Numbered from the whole stretch's first letter, positions 11,765 through 30,636 are shown. The stretch: DNA of 63,898 nt, filler included, from Collodictyon triciliatum (GCA_043381765.1; 4 parts of 4 records of this genome joined end to end with filler, not necessarily neighbours in it); one strand, 5' to 3'. Translations and numbers: made by a program. The notes: generated by a model from the sequence alone, not told the origin.

Positions 11765-13012
11765 CCCGTCTTCTTCTCTCTCCCGTGGCGTGCTTTCTCC
11801 CTCTGCCTTGCTTCCTTGCTTCCTTGCTTCTTTGCTTCTTTGCTTCTTTGCTTCTTTGCTTCCTTGCTTCGCCCACTACGTGCGCCAAATGTGAGGCCCG
11901 ACTTCACGGGAGGGCGTGAAAGGAAAAGAGAAAATGAGGCGGGTGACTTGGATGTATACTCTCGGCTCGAGGCGTGAGGCGCGAGGCATGAGGCGGACTC
12001 GTTGTGACTGGGGCTTCTCTTCCCATCCAAAACACCCCTCCCTCTCCTGCGGCCAGAGGCCCCGGCTCCGTGCGGATTCTTTGTGATGATCAGCGTTGCG
12101 TGCAGCTTGGCTTGTGATTGGATGTTTGGAGCGATGCGCAAAAAGCTATTCGCAGAAAGTCGACAAAATTAGGCACCTCTTTGTCAGTAATATTCGGTGA
12201 ATGAGGATTAATCTGGATTATATCTTGTGCCTGTCTAGGGAAAATTTCGGTTGATCTTTTTCTGGAATTTGTACAATTTTGGTGACTGTGTCAAAAAGCG
12301 GTCGAACTACCAATGCGTTCATGCCATAAAAATTCTTTTCGTTCTTTATGGACGCATAGATTCTAAGGATGACGTGGAGACACGAATTGTTTCTCCTGAT
12401 TAGGATGAATATTTCACCCATTTTGGAAGGAAAGTACAACTAGCTTGTTACCAGATATATGTAAATCGGACAAAAATAGAACTGAAGCACCGGTTGTTGC
12501 ATGCCACATAATTTATTTATATTTTATATATATTTAAAGTATAAATTTATTTATATATTGGATAAAAGTGAATTACATGTAAATTATTTATTAGATATAT
12601 TATAGAATCCACATATATATATTACGCTTTCTTTATGAAAACATCGACCAACCGCGGTTCGTTACAAAAAACCATCTAAAAAAAATCAAAGCCTGTCTTG
12701 TGGAGAAAAAAAATAAATCAGTACACATCATCATATTTGCAAGGGCGTTTCTCATCTGTGAAGTTTGAGCTTCCTATCATCTTCATTACTGCTTCTATTG
12801 GTTTCGGGCCTTGCAGTCTGGAAGAGACATTACCGTCGAAAGGCCCAGGAACCTGTGTCCTCGCGGCGTCTGGTGATGCACAGGAACCATCCATCCCGCC
12901 TTACCGACCACACCAGCTTCGAGAAAAATTCACCTCACACACATATGAGGGAGAATTCACTGAATATTCTACCTCAGAAAGACAAGAATGATCGCTAGTG
13001 ATCAATCAGAAA

Positions 13013-13100
13013 AAAACAAAAAACAAAAAACAAAAAACAAAAAACAAAAAACAAAAAACAAAAAACAAAAAACAAAAAACAAAAAACAAAAAACAACAAA
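13013..13100. repeat. (CAAAAAA)n microsatellite
   Basis: Heptamer tandem run. Confidence 0.9.
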
Positions 13101-13346
13101 GAAAATGAAGAAAAAATGGACAGAAAAAAAGCTACAGAGCACCCAGGCACGAACTTTCTTTTCTTTGTGGCATTATGGCGCATGGCAAATGATGTTTTAA
13201 ACCCCCAAAGAGAAGGAAGAAAAGAAGGGTAAATGATAAGATAAAAAACCATGGCAAAGGTTGTGGTGAAGCCGAGCCGAAAGAGTGGCGACAAGCGGCA
13301 TAACCCCATTATTACACACAAAGCAAGACAGCATACGCAAGACAAG

Positions 13347-13667
13347 ATGCAGCCGTGGAGACAAGCTGGAATGACCTACCTCAAATACGGAGAGTTCTGT
13401 TCTCAACTCCTGCGCCGCGTGCTGAAGGAGCCGTTCAAGAGCAATGCGCTGGCCAAGGAGTCTGCCTCGATCAACGTCACCAAGTGGGTGGACGGCAAGG
13501 TGGTCAAAGCAGGTGCACATATAGACATATACACATACTCCCCCCCCCTCCCCCCCCAAAAAAAAAACCGCGCTCATCACGCGGACTCAACCAAGGCACC
13601 TAATTCCCTGCCTCTCCTTCCCTTGCGCGCAAACATTACAGGTGAAGCCGCCGCCAAGTCAGCCTAA
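13347..13667 (+). CDS. ATP5F1E: Mitochondrial F1-ATP synthase subunit epsilon (2 exons: 13347-13512, 13642-13667; 63 aa)
   Basis: MQPWRQAGMTYLKYGEFCSQLLRRVLKEPFK...KWVDGK matches the WRxAGxxYxxY...LKE...KWxxGK signature; GT-AG intron 13513-13641. Confidence 0.9.
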   Translation: MQPWRQAGMTYLKYGEFCSQLLRRVLKEPFKSNALAKESASINVTKWVDGKVVKAGAHIDIYTYSPPLPPQKKNRAHHADSTKAPNSLPLLPLRANITGEAAAKSA

Positions 13668-13881
13668 GGACACTCGCATGTGCAGCGACCACGGCCACCG
13701 AAACATAAACCAGAATGAAAAGAAAGCCAGCTGCACAGAGCGAGCCCCAAATGACAAGTAGAGCAGAGGAGAGAATGTGGTCCTGATGAATGTAGTAGGA
13801 TGAGCGGAGCGGACCGGGGAGACAACGGAAGAAGAGCAAAATAGCCAGAGGCAGGAGGCAGGAAAGAGACTGAGAGGGAAG

Positions 13882-14934
13882 CTAGAGGCTCGGGTAGCCG
13901 CCGTGGACAACCATGACCTCGTCGTTCTCAAGCATGAGGGTTGTGCGGGAGTACTCTGTGTGCCAGAGGTTCTGGACGACGTCTGTGAACTGGAACTTGT
14001 GGTAGACGGTGCGGGCAAGGCCCCAGTAGGCCTTCTCGGCCAGGACGCGGAAGACCTCGATGTCGAAGGGGTTCTCTGCGTGGGAGTCCTCGACAAAGGG
14101 CATGACGACGTCGAAGTAGAACTGGCGGAACTTCCAGTCGCGCATGTTGTAGAGGGCGTTGCCGTTGACGTGGTAGAAGAAGGACTTTGTCTGGGGCACG
14201 TACTTGAAGGAGCCGCGGTAGAGGCTGCCCTTTGCCCAGAAGTGGGGGTTGGGCCAGCGCGTCATGGAGTCCAGGACCATGAGCCAGCCGGGGCGGATGG
14301 GGCGGCAGTCGGGCTCCATGAAGTAGAGGTAGAAGGGGTCCTTGAGGGCCAGGCCGCCGTTCATCATGTGCTCAAACATCAGGCGGCAGCCGCGCGGGTA
14401 GTCGTCGTCCTTGCCGACGAGGTGGATGTAGTGGAACTCGATCCCGCCGAAGCACTGCTGGATCTCTGGCGGCAGCGCGTGGAACGCGTCGGACAGGTTC
14501 TTGTTGACGTTGTTGTGCACCGGGTCTGCCGCAATAAAGAACGACAGCGTCGCGTGCCCGTACAGCTGCATGCCGTAGCGCTTGGCCATCCGCACCGTCT
14601 CGCGCAGCCGGCCGCTGCTCTGCACCAGCGGGTGGTCCTCCGACGTCAGGCACGGCGGGTAGTCGATCCACATCTGCATGTTCTCGATCGCCCGCCCCGT
14701 CTGCTTCACGTGGAACGGCATCAGCACGTGCGTGAGGCGCTGGTGCTCAAAGTCGATGCTGAACCACACCTGGCTCTCCTCCCCGCTCGCCCACCCCGCG
14801 CCCCCGAGCGCAACAGCCACAACCGCCGCCGCAACCACCGCCCCCTGCACCGCCCACCCCCGTCTGCTGCTGTGGCTGTGGCTGTGGCTGTGGTTGTGGC
14901 TGTGGCTGTGGCTCTTGCTTTTGCTTTCCTCCAT
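13882..14934 (-). CDS. Type II membrane protein, putative glycosyltransferase-like, intronless, 350 aa
   Basis: Short (HS)n N-tail, one hydrophobic anchor (AVVAAAVVAVALGGAG), globular domain with YFMEPDCRPIRPGWL, FWAKGSLYRG, HVNGNALYN, VVHGG; strong GC3 codon bias. ORF is solid; the function is inference from topology and the acidic EPD motif. Confidence 0.6.
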   Translation of the reverse strand: MEESKSKSHSHSHNHSHSHSHSSRRGWAVQGAVVAAAVVAVALGGAGWASGEESQVWFSIDFEHQRLTHVLMPFHVKQTGRAIENMQMWIDYPPCLTSEDHPLVQSSGRLRETVRMAKRYGMQLYGHATLSFFIAADPVHNNVNKNLSDAFHALPPEIQQCFGGIEFHYIHLVGKDDDYPRGCRLMFEHMMNGGLALKDPFYLYFMEPDCRPIRPGWLMVLDSMTRWPNPHFWAKGSLYRGSFKYVPQTKSFFYHVNGNALYNMRDWKFRQFYFDVVMPFVEDSHAENPFDIEVFRVLAEKAYWGLARTVYHKFQFTDVVQNLWHTEYSRTTLMLENDEVMVVHGGYPSL

Positions 14935-15605
14935 CGGCTCCTTGGCGATCTGTTTCTCTCTCTAGTGTTTGTTTGCGTTAGTCAGCCTTCCTTCCTTCCT
15001 TCCTTCTTTTTTTCTTTCGTTTTGCTTTCTGCTTAATCGTGCATTTCCCTTCTTTCCTTCTCTCTCGCTCTCTCCTTTCTAACCACTAATCCTTTGTTCT
15101 TCTCTCTTTATATGTATTCATTCATTTTGTACTTTCTTTACTTGCTTTTTTTTTTTTTGTTTTCACACCCCTATTCTCTTCTCTGCTGCCGGGCTGTTTG
15201 CTGTTCACTCTGTTGGTTTCTCGCTTCGCAATCGTTTTCGTTCATGGGCTTCTTTTTTTTTCTCCTTGGCACTGAGCAACAAGCAACAGAAGGGTTCAGC
15301 GCCCAGTCATTACCAATTAATGCTGAGTTGTGTGCGAGGGCTCCGTTATTTTTTCCGCTTTTTTGTTTTTTGGCAAAGGTTGTGCGTGAGTACGGTAATG
15401 TGGTTGATCAATAGGACTATCATGGCTGTGTTTGAAATCGCTGGAGTATGATTGTTCCCCTCAAATTTTGAAATACATATCTGGATTTTATTTTTTTAAA
15501 AAAATACTGACACTGCACATTGGTGAAAGAAGGGAGGAATTGCGCTGTGGTCTGTGCCGCTGGTTTAGCTAGTCGTGTATGCATCATGACATATCTTCCT
15601 CTGTT

Positions 15606-15630
15606 ACTTGAATCGAATGAAGGAAAAAAA
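15606..15630 (+). mobile_element. Diverged tail-only copy of the retro-terminus
   Basis: ACTTGAATCGAATGAAGG-A7. Confidence 0.5.
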
Positions 15631-16431
15631 GATTGTTCCATCGGTTACATAAGCCAACTGTGCAAGACGAAACGAAACGAAACGAAACGAAAACTCAACA
15701 AAGACGATATACCATCACCACCACTATCGCAACCACAATCGTTGCGCTATCGCTCCTCTACCGCCCTTATAGCAACCCATATCTAAAACCAATATATTCT
15801 TTTTAATTGCTACTTTTATAAATACATTTTTCTTCACTTTCTTTGTTGGTCAATCATTTATTTCATCGCGTACATCCTTTATTCTTTTTTTTTGTTTTAC
15901 CGCATCAGAATAGATATAAAAATAATTTAATTCGAAAAAAAAGCCACTGAATCACATTGCTACTAATAGATTTATATAGTCATCGGCAATCACTCTTTCT
16001 TTTTTTGTACAGTTATCATTGGCCAAGGAGACAATCAAGTGCTCAATCGTTTTGCATTTAATCAATCCCTCACACCGTACACTCTACAGGTATGCAATAA
16101 TGTCTGCACATCACCATAAAGCTTCACCCTTTGATGCAGCTGCCTTCCCGAAGACCCTCATTAGCATATGTGAACCACCCGTGTGCCATCAGCAACCTCA
16201 TGCAACCGCAAACATTTCTCACATCCAGCATATACTATTTCACAAGCCACCAAAAAAAAAAAAAAACTCTACCTTTGCTTGCCTCCTGTCAGCCATAGGA
16301 CAAAACTACCAAAATAACAATAAAAAAGACTCGCAAATTATGTCAAATTCATTCATCGTCTCCCTCAGAACGCATCTCAACGCAATTCAATTCGACACAA
16401 AACAATAAAATACGGAAATACAGAAAGAAAA

Positions 16432-23017
<6,586 letters not shown>

Positions 23018-23488
23018 TACACTTCATCTCTGCACCGCTTGCAAGATGCATTCGCCTAGATAGTCTCTGTGGTTGATAACTATCTACCATTTAAGTGATT
23101 CCCGATTTTCGTACAATTTACTAATTTGATGAATGTTCAACTGACTCGAATAAAATATGATAAACAACAGAACCCAATGTCAGTAAGTAGCCATCGAGTT
23201 TAATGCGTGATTGTTATTTATTTGTGTTTATTAGGTTGTAGGGCTAAATCACATTTATATTGAAAGAAAAGAAAGCGGGGAAGTAATAAACGCTCAATGA
23301 GCAATTAGAGAATATGACGTAAAAGACTGGCCTGTTTGAATACAATTGAGAAATCTCAGAAACATGATGATTTGATTTTTGTGTGTCGATGGCAATCGTT
23401 ATACACAGGTTTCTAGATTAAAAGTAACAAGATACGCTTATAATAGTTTTTTTTTTTTTGCACACAAACTACAGAAATCTTTCTCTTC

Positions 23489-26178
23489 TTATATAGGGGA
23501 AGCGGGAAACTCTCGTTCTTTCAGTTCAGAGAAGCTACGTGAACGCTTCTCATTTGTTGTTCTCCTTTTGGCAGTATATTTTTTTAATTCGTTATGGTAA
23601 CGAGGGTCGCTCATTTCAACATAATCCATGGGTTCACAGCAATCCTGTCGTCTCATAATTAATACAGGACTGGTAGTGTTGTAAAATCATTTGATACGAA
23701 AATGTGACTCCTTTTTCATTTGAGGTATTGGTTAGAGTAAGGTATTAGATAATGAAGATACTGAAGAAAAAGAAGAAAAAGAAGACCTTGAAAGATAGAT
23801 AAAATTTGCTGTAGCCTCCTGTCATAAGAAAAACGCTTGGATACGAGAGTGATGGGTAACGTGACTCGTTGAATTTTCTATCGAGTGACCTTAATTGCCG
23901 AAATCTTCACGAATCAAAATGTGTCAACATCAAGAGAAAATTGTTTTACTACTTTGGCTCTGATATACATAAAGTGAAGATAAAACTTGAAACATAAACG
24001 TATCGTTCCATTGCTTACAAGACACAGAAGAATGCACTTTGAATCGTGAGTGAAAAATTGAGTTATGATAATAATATTATTATGGAGTTAGGAAAGACTA
24101 AAAATTTTGAGGATACGACTTTGGTCCTCTGTGTGATGAAAATTCACAGTAGAAAATGATGCATGTCTCCGGGGGGAATGATGCTGCTGATGGAAAAAAA
24201 ATCTTCTGAATCATATCCATGTGTGGTATATTGATTGCCCCTTTGACATGTCCTCCCTCATATTCATAAGGGTATCGACAGTCGACAAATACAAAATCGG
24301 TACATCTGGATGTATGACATCCTCTCACGATACTTGCTACCTGTACGTTTATGCACGCCCTCATTATTTTTATGAATGATTCGTTTGGTTTTCTTAAGAA
24401 AAAAAAGCCTTCTACACGACAAATGTATTATATAGCAAAATATTGACTCAGTCCCACCGTTTCTGAAGATAAACATGTCAAATCAGTACAGGATGGATCG
24501 AAGATGGTTGGCAACCCGTTTCCAGAACCATCAACTTTAGTAACGGGTGTTGACATGTTCTTTTCTTCTTTGTGGAGCAAAGTTTTCTGTGTCCTCGCAC
24601 CTGTTATTATCCCAGCGAAGTATGAATTTTTCTTCTGCTCATATATCAAACTTAAATTATTGCATTCGTTATTATTCAATGTAATCATGCAACCTATTCT
24701 GCCTATTTATACTATATTGATAAATTAGAGCTACCTTGCGCAGATTTTGACAGATGAAACCCGGTGTCCTCGCCACTTGCCGTTTTCTCCTGAAATTCAT
24801 CGCCTTTTAGGCCTAGTGTACTAAGCGAGGCTGACTCATCGATGAGAGATACTCTAGTGCTATCCCCATCAGGAGCATATGGTCCAGATTCAGGGCTGCT
24901 GTCTGATTTTACACAAACCTTGGACGTTGTACACTCACTCTTCGTCACCAGTTTTTTTCTGGTGATACCTTTTTGCTCAATTACAGGCTTATGGGATGGG
25001 GATGAGACAAGAACATCGTGTTTTGGTGTTTTAACTGTTTGACAGTGTTTTTTTGGGATTGTTAAAGCTGATGGGGAATGTATTTTGGGCTCATATTTTA
25101 AATATGGATTGTATTCAAGAGTTGATGCTCTGGAACCAATGCTGGAGTATATTTTTGGTGTGGATGCCCTTGGTACATTTTCACTAGCCTTTCCGTTTGT
25201 ATTTTGATTATTTGATGATTCATTATAAGCAGTTTGTCCTTCGCTCCCAATTACGATATGATGCGTCCATTTTGAGTTTCCTTGGGTACGTTTCGACTTG
25301 AAGGAAAGAGTAGATTCGTCTGATTTGTTGAGTGACACTACAGATTCATTATTCTGAGACGCAGCCGATTCTATGCTTTCGCCCAGTATATGACGGGATG
25401 TTTGGGGATAATTCTGCTCTCGGTCCATAGGATGAGTCTCTTGTATATCATTTGGAGGAGGAACCAGGCAGCCAGCCGTGTCAGACAAAGCACTTGTGTT
25501 GGCCGCCGTCGTTGCATGATGAGGTGAGGCATCTGATGGAAGCGACGCCGATCTGGGCAACCTACGAACCTGTGCTACACGCGTTTCCGGGCGAAGATTC
25601 ACATCAATCCTCAAATAGGGCCTCGCCGTCTCCTTGTCTCTTTTTGGGGGACTCTCAAAGTCTACACTGGACGCATCATTCAGCTGTGTGAGTGAGCGAG
25701 ACTTGGACGAGTGCTGTTTGGACTCTGCAAAGGAATTCCGTGAAACAAAGTCTCGCTGTTTCTCTGTTGCCGCATCCGGCCTTTCTTGCTGTGTCCGTGA
25801 AGCATCAGACGATGCCCGGGATTCCTTTCTTGCGGACGAGGTTTCCTTTGCGCCTGTCAGTATGGATCGCAGGGGGCGGCCGGCTTTGGCTGAAGAGGAC
25901 CGTTGTGGAGGAATAAAAGGATCGTTGCTCAATGTGTCTTTGCGCGCTGCATTGGATAAAGTGGTTGGGAGTGGCAAGACAGAGCCTCGAGCGCTTGGCT
26001 TTTGGTTTGGCGGAATCGCAGCCGTTTTCTGCGCAGGACTTTCGGTCGCAACAGTAGCAGAGGCCACCTTTTCCGCTGCAGAGTCTGGCGGAATGGGAGA
26101 GTGGCTTTCTTCCTTGCGCTGGATCGGCAGCAGAGGCGCGCTTGTCGGCTTCCTGTTGGAATCGGCTGCGGGTTTCAT
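23489..26178 (-). CDS. CDC25: Cdc25/M-phase inducer phosphatase with long disordered N-terminus
   Basis: FVDCRYPYEYEGGHVKGAINIP, active-site loop IIFYCEFSSHRGP, RSLDR...YPSLSYPSVFLMTGGYSKFY, CEPMDYVEMSD; stop TAA at 23489-23491. Start codon choice (26178) uncertain. Confidence 0.92.
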
Positions 26179-26689
26179 CTTTGCGCGTGAGTTTATTCTG
26201 TGAGGTGGCTTGCGAGCGTTTTTGTGCGAAAAATATTCAAATAGTGTATGTTCCACACATGGGCAGCACCATTACATAATGCATTGTATATAATACATAT
26301 ATTAGTAGCAAATATATAACTATTAGGTCTATTGGTTTCAAAAAAATGAAAATTAAGATCATATGCAATAAATTCCACAAAAGAAATTTAACACAATGCT
26401 GGGAGTAAAACCTCTCATAGGATGTCATGATACGCTATGATGGGGTTCATCCAGTATAATAAACACTAACAAAGCATGTGCAACTGCTGTCATCGACGCG
26501 ATGAAAGAGAAGGCGCCCTTCTGTTTTATTTACTGGCGAAAGTTGAGGGGATTCTCTCACTTTTTCTGTTCGTAAATGTCACCAATTTCCAGATGTATGA
26601 GCCTATAATTAAATATTTATAATTATTTTTCAAAAAAGTGGGCGTGTGTCGGGAAAGTTTCTCAAGAGAGAGGAGAGAGAGAGAAAAAA

Positions 26690-27900
26690 AAGGGTACGGT
26701 TTCTGTGATTCTTTAGTGGGCTCTGTTGCATCTTCCATGCGCTACGAATTATTATTTTTTTATTTTAATAATTTCATTCTCATAATTTTACGATGATATA
26801 CTCTTACTTTTATTATATGTATAGAATACATGAAGTAATCTACAAGCAAGAGACAACGCCTGGCCGATAAATTAGAATTACCATAGTTGTAAGTCGAACT
26901 CCGATGTAAACAGAATCTACTTTAGTTCCGTTCAATCTTAGTGCCGAAGTTGTAAATGCCGGGTCGTAAAAGCTGAATGCGATGATAAAGATGTGCATGT
27001 CAATACTTCTCTTTTTTTCAGACAGATACCAGTAGAAAATCAGTATCCCATGAGAAAACATCGATAGGATCATATTGCCAACTTTCGAAAACCCTTAGAA
27101 CATACGTTGAAGAGATTTAAAGAATGATTACAGATACCTTATCAAACACCAGTTGTAATTAGGAACATAAGGGGAATTTTTAAGAGCTCCGATGTTTTGG
27201 AATTTTTTCAAAACCAAGGGAAAAGATGCCTCATCAAAACCAAAAACAATGAGAGTGGAGCCGACGCTTTCTCGAATGGCTCGGTCATATTTCAGTTGTT
27301 CCTGTCGCTGTTAGTAATTAAATATTATGAAGAGTGAGTTTTATCACATTACCAAAAGATTTAAAAAAGAACTTTGAATCAAATAAAGGAAAAAGAAAAA
27401 GAAAGACCGCTGTTATCTTCTGTTGATATGCTAAAGGGAAAAAAAATCATCCGTTGAGATGCAAATGACTCGACTTTCTCAAACTGAATACAATACTAAT
27501 CATAAAAAACTAACAACTTAATCACTCGCGGAATACCTCCTTAAAATGCAAAAGTCGTGATGAGCCCCGCGCAGAGGGATCGGCCTCCAGAATAGAGCGT
27601 GACGGGATTGTCTGGGACTTTGGGACTTTGGCCACCACCGGGGTCGGATTCAGCCTCTACAAAGTGTGTGGATGTGCTGTTTGATAGCTTATCATCTAAC
27701 TTGCTGGATACCCTTTCTGAAGGAAGGGACTGAAAAAGCTACATCCGGTTTGTCATGACCGAGGCGTTGCATGTGACGTAGAAGCAAACCTTGTCTCGAA
27801 ACGCGGAGGGCACCTGCTCTGGCTTTTGGACCGGGTTCTGATGCTTTGGCGTTGCGAGTCCTGATCGATCCATGTGCTACTCTTTGCGATGCTTGCCTAC
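26690..27900 (-). CDS. NUP35: Nup35/Nup53-like nucleoporin (MPPN-type RRM); termini uncertain
   Basis: Exons 27301-27138 and 26972-26882 splice in frame to TLIVFGFDEASFPLVLKKFQNIG...YNWCLISFYDPAFTTSALRLNGTKVDSVYIGV, matching the VFGF...NW.....AL..NG....IGV pattern. Confidence 0.65.
27371..27394 (+). mobile_element. Intronic tail-only copy of the retro-terminus
   Basis: ACTTTGAATCAAATAAAGG-A5, one mismatch to the consensus. Confidence 0.55.
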
Positions 27901-28028
27901 GCGAATCTTTGGCCGAGTGGCAGTTAGTTACTCAGGTTGGCACTCAGCCTCAAGTTCTTCCAATGTTTTTTTTCTATCTTTCATTTATTAACTTTATCTT
28001 TATGTTTTCTGTTAAGGGCAGTGGCGGA

Positions 28029-28128
28029 TGTTTGTTTGTTTGTTTGTTTGTTTGTTTGTTTGTTTGTTTGTTTGTTTGTTTGTTTGTTTGTTTGTTTGTT
28101 TGTTTGTTTGTTTGTTTGTTTGTTTGTG
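28029..28128. repeat. (TGTT)n microsatellite at contig end
   Basis: Perfect run abutting the gap. Confidence 0.95.
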
Positions 28129-28228
28129 NNNNNNNNNNNNNNNNNNNNNNNNNNNNNNNNNNNNNNNNNNNNTTAATTAATTAANNNNNNNNNNNNNNNN
28201 NNNNNNNNNNNNNNNNNNNNNNNNNNNN
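28129..28228. other. Artificial contig linker N44-TTAATTAATTAA-N44
   Basis: Identical 100-bp six-frame-stop spacer occurs three times. Confidence 0.97.
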
Positions 28229-29287
28229 GAAAAGAAAAAGAAAAAGAAAAAGAAAAAGAAAAAGAAAAAGAAAAAGAAAAAGAAAAAGAAAAAGAAAAAG
28301 AAAAAGAAAAAGAAAAAGAAAAAGAAAAAGGAAATGAAAAAAGAGACAAGGAGGAAAAAAGTAATCAATCATATTTTTCTTTGCACATTTCCTTTCGATA
28401 TTTTTTCATATATCATATCAGTACTTTTTTTTTGTGCGAATAAGAAATGATTGGGCAAAAACAAAACAAAACACAAGGTTCATTCTAGCATGATATTCAA
28501 TGCTTACTATTACTATTACTATTATTATTACCCGTCCTACAGAAAATGGCCAAAATCGGTGGATTCCCCACCTTTGATGTTGATTACACACACAAGATTG
28601 CCTTCTCGAATCCGAAGGCCAGTTGATTCAACAAAGAAACAATGAAAGAAAACAATTTCTTTTTAAAATAAATGAAACAAGAAAGCTGTAATTTCGCTCA
28701 TAAAATTGAGTGAATTTTTTTTCACTCTTTTCTTTTTCTTATATTACCATATAATTTTTTTTTTTAAAAAATAAAATATTGCCAAAATGTCCTGAAAAGA
28801 TTTGCATAAAGCGAATCATTAAATTATTTTCAATGCTATCAAATTCAGTGGGAAAAGTTTAGTGTATGCAATCATGATTTAAATTGCAGAGAACCGAATG
28901 AATAACCAATTAACCACGCGGCACTTTATCACCCAATTTTCTCGAAGAGTTTTTTTTGTTTTGTTTTATTTATTAGCCAACAAACAAAATCGTAGTTTAT
29001 GCTTTAATAGCATACTATACAGACAAAAACATACAAAAAAAAAGAAACACCCCTTCACACACAAAAAGACAAAAATGGGTTTAATGCAAAAATAATGGAA
29101 AAATATCTAACACCACAGAAGATAAATTAAATTGTGTTTTTTTTCAAAACGAACTGATATAATGAACCGTGTCACCTTGAATTTTTTTTCCCATAATCAG
29201 AGTAAATATTAAATAGAAAAATAAGAAAAGAAAAGAAAAGGGAATATGCCAGATAGCCATGTAAGAATGAATAGATATTGCAGAACA

Positions 29288-30634
29288 CTACGGAAGTGGA
29301 TATTTTGTCAACGTGGACAGCAGATGAACAGAGTCTTGAGGAAGTATTTGATTAGGTTGAGATTGCATTGCAAGCAAAAGCGAATGGGACAGAGAGACCG
29401 GATTTTGGAACATGTTCGGCAGGTGAGTCGTTTGCAAGGAACCATTGTGCATCATTGAGGGTGTCCCCAGATTCTGCGGAGAAGACGCGAACGCATGAGA
29501 AAGGAGTGGATAATTATGTGGGGTTTGCGAGCGAAGAAGCTGCTGGCACTGCTGTATTTGCTGGATATTTCCAATCAGAGACATCGAAGTCTGGTTTGGC
29601 ATCATTGCTGGTAGATTAGGCTGTTTCGGGTCCAAGAAAGGTACATTGTTTTGTGCGATTTTGGGTGGTATTTGCGATGCAGACAAGAAAGGAGGATGAA
29701 GTAGGCGATTCACTGGCGATGGCTCTGATGATGATATATAGTCTTGTGGATGCATCAACTCGGCAACTGATTTGAACGGATGAACATGTGGGCTCGTTGT
29801 TGACGTAGATGCGATTCCGATGGGTTCACGATAGAGCGTTTTCGCCTGAGCCACGAATGAGTCTAAAACATATTCTCCCACAGGTGTGCTGACCAAAGAG
29901 CCTTTTGTATCTGTTGGAGCCTGGGTCTCGACAGAGTCACACATGGAGGGTTCTGCTTGGGATGCAGACTCAAACAAGCGAATCTTTCTCACAATGGCGC
30001 GCAGATCCTTATTGATGGAGTTGATGAGAAAAGAGCGCAAGACAAAGGGCTTTTGAATGTACTCTGAAACTGTGTGAAGCAACTCTTGCGAGTCTGCCAA
30101 TTGCTGGCGTCGCTTCTTTGAGATATAGCAGCTGAGATGTTGGTTGAGACCAGTTGTAAAACTTGGTTCTGCGGCAGCATTTGTGGTTTCTTTGGTGTCT
30201 TCGTCGAGATTTCTCTTTGGTGCGACAAAAAGCTGTTGTGGACTGGCTTGTGTGGAGAGCGGATGCGCATTCGTGGAATGCAAGCGAACATCGTCCGAGG
30301 CAAATGTCTTTGCAGCATCGGCCGCATCGGCATCGAGAATTCCTTGAATCATCCCAACAATGGCCGGATGTGTCTTGGAAGGGTCTTGTGTTGTTTGGAC
30401 TGGCGGTCGGAGAATGGCAGAGGAAGAGTGCAGGGTGGTCGGAGAGAGTGCGGGGGTGTAGGTCATGGGGACAAGGTCGGGTTCTGCAGAGTGCTTTGGG
30501 GAATGATCGACGAGATGAAAAGCCGACTTTGATCTGAGTGGACAGGCGAATTGGTTGGTTCGATGGCCCGTTCGCCCGCAGGTGGAGCAGACTGTGCGGG
30601 ATGACTTGTCTTTGGCTGTGGTGGAGTCTTGCAT
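29288..30634 (-). CDS. Intronless zinc-knuckle protein with low-complexity P/S/Q-rich body
   Basis: Long ORF; CSTCGRTGHRTNQFACP (CX2CX4HX6C, TAF1-type knuckle) near the first ATG at 30634. Confidence 0.7.
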   Translation of the reverse strand: MQDSTTAKDKSSRTVCSTCGRTGHRTNQFACPLRSKSAFHLVDHSPKHSAEPDLVPMTYTPALSPTTLHSSSAILRPPVQTTQDPSKTHPAIVGMIQGILDADAADAAKTFASDDVRLHSTNAHPLSTQASPQQLFVAPKRNLDEDTKETTNAAAEPSFTTGLNQHLSCYISKKRRQQLADSQELLHTVSEYIQKPFVLRSFLINSINKDLRAIVRKIRLFESASQAEPSMCDSVETQAPTDTKGSLVSTPVGEYVLDSFVAQAKTLYREPIGIASTSTTSPHVHPFKSVAELMHPQDYISSSEPSPVNRLLHPPFLSASQIPPKIAQNNVPFLDPKQPNLPAMMPNQTSMSLIGNIQQIQQCQQLLRSQTPHNYPLLSHAFASSPQNLGTPSMMHNGSLQTTHLPNMFQNPVSLSHSLLLAMQSQPNQILPQDSVHLLSTLTKYPLP

Positions 30635-30636
30635 TC

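Noticed and set aside
13513-13641. Stop-free in-frame introns (also 5940-5999) as regulated intron retention
   Set aside because: Expected by chance among many short introns; there is no transcript evidence.
10818-15036. Long overlapping or antisense ORFs (10818-11888, 11129-11977, 13903-15036)
   Set aside because: Shadow frames of GC3-rich genes; no recognisable motifs.
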